Assembly: GCA_947628555.1 (NCBI GenBank)
Contig: CANRAI010000001.1
Coordinates: forward strand, 1-62,639
Source: an uncultured Clostridia bacterium
Lineage (GTDB): Bacteria; Bacillota; Clostridia; Christensenellales; Borkfalkiaceae
Length of the DNA stretch: 62,639 nt
Direction: 5' to 3'
Shown: positions 24,512 to 34,600 of the stretch, piece after piece
Layout of the letters: each line of letters begins with the position of its first letter
Numbering within the stretch: the first letter of the stretch is position 1
Made by a program: the position numbers and the translations under genes
Notes under the pieces: generated by a model
What the model saw: the letters and a program-made list of their open reading frames with translations, nothing else
What the model was told of the DNA's origin: nothing
Database searches by the model: none

Positions 24512-27157
24512 TTAAAGGTAATTTACTTCCCAGATTCTGTCAAGCAAACCGTTCGTTGCATTAGCATTTTTATTCAGCGATTCGGGGTTTATTATATTCT
24601 TGTTATAAACGCAGAGGTCTTTACGCTGATAAACAGGCAACTCTACCGCAAGCTCCATCAAGTAGTCAAGACATGTCGCATATTTCGCTTTGCGGTCAGC
24701 CTTTACGGTTGTCTTTCTTGCTTCGTCGATTTTCTCGCTCATGGCATTTATAATATCACGTTCTTTTTTATACTTCTCGGTGGTATCGTTCAATATTTCT
24801 CTATAACCCCAGTTGAGTACGCTGGTCGCTTTACTGTCCTTATGATATACCTGGAACATATCGGGGTCAACGCCGGAAGACCACGCCGCCGCCCAAATGG
24901 CAAGCTCGCCCGTGGTAAGTTTTTTAAGCGCGTTGACGTCGGGAGTTACGGTTATTTTAAAGCCCGCTTCGTTCAGAAGCCTTGCTGCATTCGTAAACAT
25001 ACCGTATGCGGGGTGGTCGTCAGCAGCCGCGCCTGCAATTATGAAAGTATAAGTTAAGGATTTACCGTCTTTCTGATAAACGCCGTCGCCGGATTTTGTG
25101 TAGCCCAAAGCTTTAACAGCGTCTTCTATATCGGAAGCTTTTGTAAATCTTTCATAATAAGCCGTACAACCTGTCGGATATGCCCAGGATGTAGAGGACA
25201 TAGGTCTGTTAATAACGCTTGCAAGCGAAGAACCGTAGAACCTTATGGAGTCGTTGGGGTTCATAGCCCTCATTATTATTCTTCTTATTTCGATATTCTC
25301 AACATATTTGGGGTTGATACCGACATAACCAAAACCGTTTGTATCGTATGCAGCCTTACCGAAAGTTGCGTCGCCATCTACGGCAGCCTGGTTTTCGCTT
25401 GTAGCGCTGGGTTCGCCGTAATCGACTTCGCCGTTACGGATAGAAGATATAATTCTCTGTTCGTCAACTATTTTGTAACGCAAATATTTGATTTTTGCGT
25501 TTTCGATTCCTTTGCCCATAGTCTCGAAATAAGGATTCCTTTCATAATAAACCAAATCGAGGGGTTTGAAATCATTGCCGCCGCCGTACCCGACTGCGCC
25601 GCCGTTTCTTGTGGAAGCCATGTAAGGACCTGCGCCTACGGGAACGCCGTTCTTTGCGGGGTCTTTGAGCACCTTGTCGAAGAAGCCGCTATCTCCCCTT
25701 TCTACGCCGAAGTTATGTTCGCCGTCGAAAGCAGCTACATAATCCTTTTCCTTTTCCGCATCCTTTGCCTTATAAGTGCCGGAATAATAATGCAAGGGAA
25801 CGACATTTACGCCGAACTGCCAGATAGCCGCGGGGTCAACGTCGTTTATGGCTATTTTAAGTACGTCGTGCTCTTCGCCCAAATCTTTACCGTTGAAAGT
25901 ACTTGTCTTATAAGTGGAAATACCCCTTATATAGTCAATAGGAGTCGCCGTGGGATCGTTCAAAGCTTTATGGCGCTCGTCCGCTAAGAAATAGTTGTAA
26001 GCCGTATTACCGGTAGCCCAATACAGAAGAATATCGTCAAGCTTGTTGCGTATATTGTATTCGGCATACATACGCTGTATGCAATATTCCTTGGTGATCT
26101 GCAATCTTGCATATTCTTCGGCGTTATCGGTATCTATGTTATTGTCGGTTATATACTGTTGGATTTTTTCGGGAGTTGTGCGTTCGGCAATCGCGTCGAT
26201 TTCCGCTTGGCGGCCGGTTTTACCGTCCTCTGCGCCGACTGCGCCTGTCTGCCAAGGATCGAGCGTGGTATATTTTTTGCCGTTTTCATCCTTCATATCC
26301 TCGGAAGAACCGTTTTCATTTTGTTTTCTCTGAACACTAACAAGACCTTCCTGGAAGAGATATGCCTGCCAAGCTTCGGTGAATCTGTATTCCTTGTAGG
26401 TTTCCTGCCAGCTTGTTTCGCAAGTAGCCCAGTCGTTGGTTACTTCCTGCTTGAACCAATCCATTATATTTGCATAGTCCGCCTGAATTTCCGGGTCATT
26501 TTCAAAATTACTTTGTGTATATTGGTCACCCGCCTGGGTGCCTATGCCGTAATTTATAAGTTCTTGAAGTCTGTGCTGGGCTGCTGAACGGTATTTTGAG
26601 TCATCTTCCTTACCATCAACTGCGTTGGCGTTGTTGGTACGATATGCAGTAAGCCCCTGTATATCTACCGAGTACATGGTGTTGGAACCGATATATGCGG
26701 TGTCGAGATATACGTAGAATGTGAACAGGACGTCCTTGATTGTAAGGGGCTCGCCGTCGGAGAACTTCATACCGTTTTTGATAACAAAGTCGTATTCCGT
26801 TCTCTTTGCGCCGGCAGGGTTTTCAAGTACGTTTCCGCCTGTCTGCTGGTCGTAATACGTTTCTGTATAGTCGAGAGCGACCGAGGGATAATCTTCACCG
26901 ACAGCAGGAACCGCCGCGTCATTATCGTTGGGATTGGTCGTTACCGAGATAAGCGAAGCCTGGGTCTGGCTTATAACCTGACCGTCGTTCAGCGACGTAT
27001 AGAAGAAGGGATTGAAAAGTCCTTCGGTAGCGCCGAGCGAAAGCATCAGCGCACGGGTTTCAGGGTCGTTGTTGGAACCACCCGGCTTGCACGCAACAGC
27101 AAACAGCATTGTGCCGCCCAACAGTGCGCAGGTTAAGGTTTTTAATAGCTTATTCAT
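24512..27157 (-). CDS. very large family-5 (OppA/DppA-like) solute-binding lipoprotein
   Basis: 881 aa. It has a signal peptide with lipobox LFAVAC. SBP_bac_5-like segments are scattered across the sequence (e.g. FSDGEPLTIKDV, GAGPYM, YERNPYF). It is about 340 aa longer than the usual OppA. Confidence 0.75.
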   Translation of the reverse strand: MNKLLKTLTCALLGGTMLFAVACKPGGSNNDPETRALMLSLGATEGLFNPFFYTSLNDGQVISQTQASLISVTTNPNDNDAAVPAVGEDYPSVALDYTETYYDQQTGGNVLENPAGAKRTEYDFVIKNGMKFSDGEPLTIKDVLFTFYVYLDTAYIGSNTMYSVDIQGLTAYRTNNANAVDGKEDDSKYRSAAQHRLQELINYGIGTQAGDQYTQSNFENDPEIQADYANIMDWFKQEVTNDWATCETSWQETYKEYRFTEAWQAYLFQEGLVSVQRKQNENGSSEDMKDENGKKYTTLDPWQTGAVGAEDGKTGRQAEIDAIAERTTPEKIQQYITDNNIDTDNAEEYARLQITKEYCIQRMYAEYNIRNKLDDILLYWATGNTAYNYFLADERHKALNDPTATPIDYIRGISTYKTSTFNGKDLGEEHDVLKIAINDVDPAAIWQFGVNVVPLHYYSGTYKAKDAEKEKDYVAAFDGEHNFGVERGDSGFFDKVLKDPAKNGVPVGAGPYMASTRNGGAVGYGGGNDFKPLDLVYYERNPYFETMGKGIENAKIKYLRYKIVDEQRIISSIRNGEVDYGEPSATSENQAAVDGDATFGKAAYDTNGFGYVGINPKYVENIEIRRIIMRAMNPNDSIRFYGSSLASVINRPMSSTSWAYPTGCTAYYERFTKASDIEDAVKALGYTKSGDGVYQKDGKSLTYTFIIAGAAADDHPAYGMFTNAARLLNEAGFKITVTPDVNALKKLTTGELAIWAAAWSSGVDPDMFQVYHKDSKATSVLNWGYREILNDTTEKYKKERDIINAMSEKIDEARKTTVKADRKAKYATCLDYLMELAVELPVYQRKDLCVYNKNIINPESLNKNANATNGLLDRIWEVNYL

Positions 27158-27167
27158 GTTTTCCTCC

Positions 27168-28616
27168 TTAAACTATTACATCATTATTTATTTTCAAAGT
27201 TGCGTTAAGCACTTCTAAATCGGGGTAAATTTCTTCGAACGCAGCGTCCGTTCTGTCAAGATTTTCGTCGTTATCCTTGCCATATCTGCCGTACAGCCAG
27301 TTGTCGGTTTTATAGCTTCCGCTCAACGAAGGAATATTTCTAATTCCCGAGTTAGCGTCCATAGTTACGCTTACCGATATTCCGTCAACGGTAACATTTG
27401 CAATCTTCGCGCCTTCGGTCACCTTTGTGAAGAGAGCATACGCTCTTATCCATGCGCCCGATTTTACACTAGCCGTAACGGAAACATTTTTCAACGTAAG
27501 ATTTTTGATTTCCGCATTGGCGCCTATCTTTCCGAATAGGGATACTTCTCCGTCGTTTGAAACGGAAGAGAGACTTACGGTAAGCCCCGAAATAGATTTT
27601 CCGTTACCGTCGATTACACCGTTGAAGATATACGGTTTTTCCGAAGTGTAAGCGCCGGTATAATTTATATCGTTTACGATAAAGAAGTTGGAAGAACCGT
27701 ACGCGTCGAGCATTTTTTCTACGTCCTTTTCATTCCTTACGGGCGTCCACTTGCCCGAAATAAACTTTGCATAAATCACACGGTTTTCCGTTTCGGGCTT
27801 TTGCACAATGGCGCCTGTATTGACAATGTCCGTACACTCCTTGTCGTAATAGAGATGGATATAGCTGTGTGTGCTTGAAGCGGGGAAAATATTATCTTCG
27901 GGTTTCAATCCCATTTCAGTAAAACCGCCGAAATCCGCATACGCAATCACGTCGCCATTTTTTACTTCCTCTTCAACAGGATTATCGTTTTCGTCGTAAA
28001 CAGGCTTGCCCTCTTCGTTTAATTTTGCAAACTTTACAGTATCCGTATCGCTTGCAAGGCGGTATTCGATTTTTAAATCGGGAATCCAGTTGGCTACAAG
28101 ATATAAATGCTCGTTTTCGCCGATTTTCGGGTGATTGCCGTCAACAAACACGTCCTGTCCGCTTGAAAGCGCGGTGAATTTCTTCTCCGCTTCAGCCTTC
28201 TCCCTTTCGTTCGCGCCGATTATCTCCGCCGTACCCGTTATGTCTTTGACCTTGCAAACCTCGCCCGTTTCTTCATCCGTCAATATGGGAAGCCCGTCTT
28301 TCAGTTCGCAATACTGCCAGCCGGCGAATATAAAGTTGTCCTTTTCAATCGTAAATTTCTGATTCTGGCCTAAACCATCTACGCCGATGTTGAAGATAGG
28401 CTGCCCTGCCTTGAACCTGAAACACATATAGCATTGCTTGTTACCCGTAAATTTACCGCCGTTGGCATAATACGTTACGGTTGAGTCCATTCCGAGTCCA
28501 TGCGCAAGCTCGTCGGGGGTGAGTTCGCCGATACTGCATCCGGCGATAATCCCCGCCGTAAGCGTAAGAACGAATATCGCCGTCAAAATTAACAATGATT
28601 TTAATTTAGCTTTCAC
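27168..28616 (-). CDS. surface lipoprotein with a Listeria-Bacteroides-type repeat and a GLUG-associated FxGxxDGNGxxISxL module
   Basis: 482 aa with lipobox GIIAGC. VTYYANGGKF...FAGWQY resembles the Flg_new/InlB-B repeat. FNGVIDGNGKSISGLTV is the same module seen in the 1929-aa protein. Confidence 0.55.
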   Translation of the reverse strand: MKAKLKSLLILTAIFVLTLTAGIIAGCSIGELTPDELAHGLGMDSTVTYYANGGKFTGNKQCYMCFRFKAGQPIFNIGVDGLGQNQKFTIEKDNFIFAGWQYCELKDGLPILTDEETGEVCKVKDITGTAEIIGANEREKAEAEKKFTALSSGQDVFVDGNHPKIGENEHLYLVANWIPDLKIEYRLASDTDTVKFAKLNEEGKPVYDENDNPVEEEVKNGDVIAYADFGGFTEMGLKPEDNIFPASSTHSYIHLYYDKECTDIVNTGAIVQKPETENRVIYAKFISGKWTPVRNEKDVEKMLDAYGSSNFFIVNDINYTGAYTSEKPYIFNGVIDGNGKSISGLTVSLSSVSNDGEVSLFGKIGANAEIKNLTLKNVSVTASVKSGAWIRAYALFTKVTEGAKIANVTVDGISVSVTMDANSGIRNIPSLSGSYKTDNWLYGRYGKDNDENLDRTDAAFEEIYPDLEVLNATLKINNDVIV

Positions 28617-28628
28617 GATCTTTCACCT

Positions 28629-31600
28629 TCAGTTTTTATTTATTCTGCGGCGAAGCTTTTGAACCAAAAGCAATGCGCCTGCCGTAATAAGAAGCATAAG
28701 TCCCGTTCCGCCGAGAGTCGAACCAATGTCCATAGTGCCGCAACCGGCGCAGTTCCCGCCCCCTTCGGAAGGATTTTCGGGCTGATCATCTCCACCTTTC
28801 GCCGTAACCGTAATAGGAACACGGCAATAGCGACCCTCATACTCCAATTCAACGTAATCGTCGAACGTCTGCAACGCGCCTGCATATTCGGGAAGTATGG
28901 TTAAAAGCGATGTATCGTATATGAGTTCCGTCGAGTAATCGTCGTACGTTACCTGAACTACCAAGCCGGTTATGTCGAACTTTTCACCTTCCACATACTG
29001 CGTTTTGCAGTTTTCAACGGAATAAACTTCGACGCCCGATACCTTAATGGGTAAATTGAAACGCTGTTTTACGGGTTTTAAAGCGGCTTCTATTTCACCG
29101 AGCTTTGCGCGCCTATCTTCGCCTTCGTTAGCAAACTCGAACTGCTTTTCGCTTCTTATATTATTGTAAGCGAGGTGCGCTTCCTTTACCTTTTCGGAGA
29201 ATTCGGAAACAATTTTGGTGTTCGCGTCGTTGACTTCGAGGTTCGCCCAGGCCTTAACCAAATCCAAAACGAAGCTGTTAACAAGGGTTTTGAAGTTTCT
29301 GGTATTGTCGTCGATAAGTTCGCCGAGGTCGTTCTTTACCAAGAAGTAGAGATTGTAAATGTAGCTATCGTAGCCCGAGCCGTTGGAAGGATAGCCTATC
29401 GTCAAATCGCTTTGCGCATTGCCCGTCCAATAGCTGAAGAACCTATCGCAGAAGTTAGAGTAGTACAACGTACGGTAATCCATTGAATTATAGCTGAGCG
29501 GCTCGAATTCGCTCAACAGGGTAGGCGCGTTCATTGCTTCGAAATCGTATCTTTTCACTTTCGAATTATAGAACGCCGCAACGCCTATTGTCTTTAAGCT
29601 GTAAGGAAGGGTCACCGCTTTAAGCCCGTTGTCAACATATGCGAACGCATACGCCTGGATGCTTGCCGTTCCGTCCAATACTCTGTAATGGTTGCTAAGT
29701 GTGTCTCCCGTCGTTCCGATTAAATTCGTGGGATACATGACAAGTTCGTACTTTTCAGTGGTTCCCGTCGCAAAGTCGGTAATTCTTCTGTAAAGAACGT
29801 TGTTATCTGCAAAAAATACTTTGTTGCCGTCATTAACCGTTACGCTTGTCATAAGCGTGGACATAAACGCGCCGTCGCCGAGGCTTACAAGGGTTGCGGG
29901 AATATCTATGGTACGAATCCTGGAATTGGCAAATGCGTGATTTCCTATTCTTTCCGCTACGGGAATTTTAATATCCGTTATCTTCGATTCTGTTACGTAG
30001 AACGCCTGCTCGCCTATGTTCGTTGCCTTGTTGAGGTGGAGAACAGTCAGTTTTGTGTTTGTAAAAGCGAAATCACCGATCTTCTCGAAATTTTCAAGTC
30101 CCGTTACCGTTTCCAACGCCATACATTCCATAAACGCCGCGGCACCGATTTCGGTAACATTTGAAAGGTTTATATTCGTAAGCTTATCACAATGCCAGAA
30201 CGCCGCCTCACCTATTTTCGTAAGCCCGCCTATGTTGACTTCTGTAAGACTACTTTCCTTATAGACAGGAACACGTTCCTGAGTAGCTGTGATGTCGTAT
30301 CTGAGTATTCCGGGGAAGAATGTATATCTGCCCGAATCCTTTGCGGTTACGCCGAAAGTTGCGGTTGTCAAAGCCGTGCAGCCTTCGAAAGTGCGCTCGC
30401 CGAGGGTCTCGACCGAAGGAAGAGTCGCCGCTCCAAGATGTTCGCAGTTGAAGAAGGTATAGCTGCCCATCTTCTTTATGCCAGCGGGCAGTTCAACGGA
30501 CGTCAATGCCGTGTTTGCAAAAGCGTAGTCGCCCGTTTCGGTGATTGCCGAATTAAATTCGACTCCTGAAAGTTCGGTGCATCCGTCGAAAGCGTGGTTG
30601 CCTATACTTTGAACTCCTGCGGGAATTTTAATCGAAGTAATCTTGCTGCCCGCAAACGCAAAATCGGGAATTGCTTTTAAATTTTCAGGCAAAGTTACCG
30701 AAGTAAAATCCGTATTTGCAAATGCGCCTTCGCCGATATCCTCAACAGTCTCGGGTATTATAAGCGAGGTGACGCCTTCAAATTCGCTTTCGGAGAACGC
30801 GTACGCCGCAATTCCCGTAATATTGGCTTTAAACTTGAATTCACTTGTCACGGTTGCGGGTGCGCGGAGAAGGGTATTGCCGCGGTAAACGCCTTCATTT
30901 TCCGCTTCGGTATATCCTTGGCCCCACGTGATGTTCACGTTCTTGTCTCCGAATATGCTGTCGCCGAGTACGGGATTGCCCTTAGGCATATTAAAGCTTG
31001 TGATTGCAGTATTAGCAAACGCGCTGTCGCCGATATAGGATACCGTGCAGTTATCTGCGAATTGGACTGTGGAAAGCTGAGTACAGCCGCGGAACGCATA
31101 GGCGTCGATTCTGAAAATCGTATTCTCCCAGAAAGCTTTATTGCCGTTACTGTCCACAGCGTCCTTGTCTCCGAATTTGACAGTTTCCAGCGAAGTGCAG
31201 TTTTCAAACGCGCCGCCGCCGATGTTTACGATTGTATCGTCGGCAAGCATACCCCATAATACCGGGCTGCCCGAAACGCGGGGATTGTTTATAGTAACTT
31301 CTTCAAGCGAAGTACATCCGTAGAACATACCTTCGCCTATTGCCGAATAATGAGCCGTTTTAATTTTGTTAAGTTTTGTACAGCCTTCGAATACGTTATA
31401 TCCGACGGTATGCAGACCCGTTATGTCGGCTTCCAGAAGTTCGGTGCAATTTTTGAATGCGTAGTCGTCTGCAATACCTATTTTCTCCATGTGTCTGATT
31501 TGTTTAAGCGGGGTATTTGCAAACGCAGCCGTACCTATCGTGACAACCTTAACGTTTGTAAGGTCGAGAATTTTAAGGCTCGTACATCCCATGAACGCGT

Positions 31601-34600
31601 CCGCAAGAATAAGGTTTACAGCCGCCAGGTCGAGTACCGGCTGAGAATTGTCATCCGTTTCATCGATGAAATATACCTCTTCAAGCGCCGTACAGTTGAG
31701 GAACGCTCTTTCGGAAATCTGGGTAACCGTCTTGGGGATGATTACCTTCTTCATTGTATCGTTATCCTTGAAAGCTTCCTCGCCGATAGTCATTATGTTT
31801 CTGTCGTCGGGGATTTTAACCGTTTCGGTACTGCCGTAGTAATGGTTGAGGGTCATATTCTCAACGGTGAAAGAATCTACGACGCTGAGAATTACAACCG
31901 CAGTCACCCGCGTGCCGTTCGCCTGCGTAGCGGTCGCCGTAATAGTAACCGTGCCGCGGGTGTTATTTGTCGTAACCTCGCCATCCTTTACAGTTGCTAT
32001 ATCTTCGTCCGAAGAGCTCCATGTAAAATTCAAATCGCTTACGGGATAGTACCAGGGGTCTGATTCTATATCCAGTGTGAAAGTCTGACCTGCGTTTACG
32101 GGCACCGTTCCGCCCGGGCCGGGGTTGGTTAAACTCAGCTTGGAATTTATAATAGGGCCGAAACTCAGCGTAGGGTCGGGCAGCTTGCGCGTGCTGTCCA
32201 CTATCTTAACGTTCAGCGTTATTGTTTCCCCGTCCTTTGTTGAGACTGTAACGCGCACGTTTTCCGTCGCCTTAACTGCGAACAGCTGGTTATTTTTAAC
32301 CTTTAAGCGGTCTGAACGGCTTGACTTCCATTCGTAGTTGGAAGGATTTGTAGAACCGCAATTCAGCCCAACGGTATAAAGTTCGTTAACTTCAAGCGTG
32401 AGGTTATAAGTCGGGTTGCCGTTCTGGGTGGTGGTTGCAGTAAGTCTGTCGTCCGTAACAAAGCTTATTTTACTGTCGTTCTGGTTGGAATCGTTGGCAG
32501 TTTTGAAATTGATGTTATAAACGCTGTGGTTAAGCGAATAGTCGTCAACCTGAATGTAAAGTTTGTTGCGGTATTTTTCGTAGATATCGGTAACCTCTAT
32601 GGAAACCGTATTAGTAGTATTTCTCTGAGGATTATAGATAGGCGTTACGTATTCCGTAGCCATATTGATTATGGGCGTTTCGGTGCTATTGGGGTCGTAA
32701 TCCTCGTCGGAATAGCAGAGAAGAACGGACTGGGGATAATGGTTATCGTAAATATCGAGGTCGAGATAAATCCTCTGTTTGGTCTCCTTTCCGTCTGTGT
32801 AATCGTAGAAACGAAGGCGCGTACCTTGAAGAATCGGCGAATCGTAATCGACGTAGAAATCGGTACTGAAAGAATTATCGGGATTGAAATTGCCGTTGTC
32901 CTTATCCGACGCCTTCATATAGAACTTGAATTCTATATTGTATTTACCGTTGTTGATAAGTCCAAGCTCATCGGAATCGAGTTTAAGCTCGACAAGTCCG
33001 GGTACAGCGCTGCCGCCGCCCGCATAGCCCTTGCCTACACGGTATTTCGTGCCCTGATATACAAGCTCGCCCGTGTTTACATTGCGGATGTCGTATGCGA
33101 CGAGTTCGGCGTTCCTCAGAAGTCCCGCGTAAAGCGCTCTTAAACCCGTAGAAGTGAGGTAGTTCTCCATACTTGTCGCGCCGTAGAAGTCGTTGAAACG
33201 GGAAATCGAGCAATGCTCTTCCGTAACGTAAATTTGGTCCGCGTTTTCGTCTTGCAGATATGCGAATCCGCCCATGGGCACAGCGTATCTGCCGTTATAA
33301 TAAGTTGAATATAGCTGGGTAGCGAAAATACTCTCGTGGGGCTTCTGCTCATCGGTCAAAGAAGTATCCTGCTCAATAGCGGATATTTCATATGCGTTGT
33401 AGTCGAGCATGGGCGCCGATTCCCAGTCGCCGTAGAAGCCCATGAAAGGCAGGTTGAGGTCGCACTGGTCTTCGTTACTTTCGTCCGATTCGAGGGAAAT
33501 GAAACCCTCGACGTACATGCCGTTTTTGAAATATCTGTCGATATACGCCTTCTCTTCCCTGGAAAGCGTAAGTTTAACGTTGATTGTCGCTTCCTGACTA
33601 CTTGCAACCGTGATTAAATTATTTCCGCTGTCAAACGTTGCGCCGTCAACTTTGAATTCGGCGGGAATGTCGTCAAGCATATAAGCGGCTTCGGCTACGG
33701 CGAGTTCGTTAGTCGAAATCGTTTCGGTCATAAATCTCGAAACAAGTTTGAATTTAAGTTCTTTTTCGCCGAAATTCTTTACTTTGAATTTAAAGCTATA
33801 TACGCCGTTCTTCTGCTCGTCCTCCCCGAGTTCTATCTTGGGTCTGTCGTCCTCGGCGCCGCCGTCATTTTCGTCGGTGGAAAGATATGCTTTGGTTGTG
33901 AATATGTTCTTTAATGTCGCAAGCCCCGCGCCCTGCTTTCTGGGGGAATAGGGCAGGTGGTTTTGATCGTAAAGAAGGGTTGCCGAGCTCATTACAATCT
34001 GGTTTGTAAGCGTTGTAAGCTCTACTGCGTTTATACCCGAGTGAGTATTTTTCAAATAGTCTTTGACAAGCGCCATAAGTCCCGCGAGGTTGGGAGTAGC
34101 CATAGACGTACCGCTCATTTCCTCGTAGCCGCCCGAAACTGCGGAAGTAATCTCGCCGCCGTGAGAGGTTATGTCGGGTTTAAGTCCCAAGTCGGGAGTT
34201 GCGCCCCACGACGAGTAATCGTTCATGAAAGGGCCGGCAAGATTTTTCTTGTTGATTTCTATCTTGCCCTCCGCTCTGGGGCCTCCGGCGGACATGGTAA
34301 GCGCCGAGCCCGCGTCCATATCTACCGAAACGGCGGGTATCCTTTGTTTGGGGTCGATGTCGCCTAAGGACATTCTTATAGTGCCGGGCACGTTGTTATA
34401 GACAATTATGCCGTTCGCGCCGAAGTAGGACGCAGTCTCAACTTTTTCCTTAAAGTCCGTGGTACCGCGCCTTACGACGACGATTATCTTTTCGTTCTCG
34501 GCTTTATTTTGAAGGCGGGCTCTTATAGTCGATGAGTAATCGCCCGCGGAACCGACGCCGCTTATTACAAGATAGGTAAATGTTTCGCTTGGCTTGTCGC

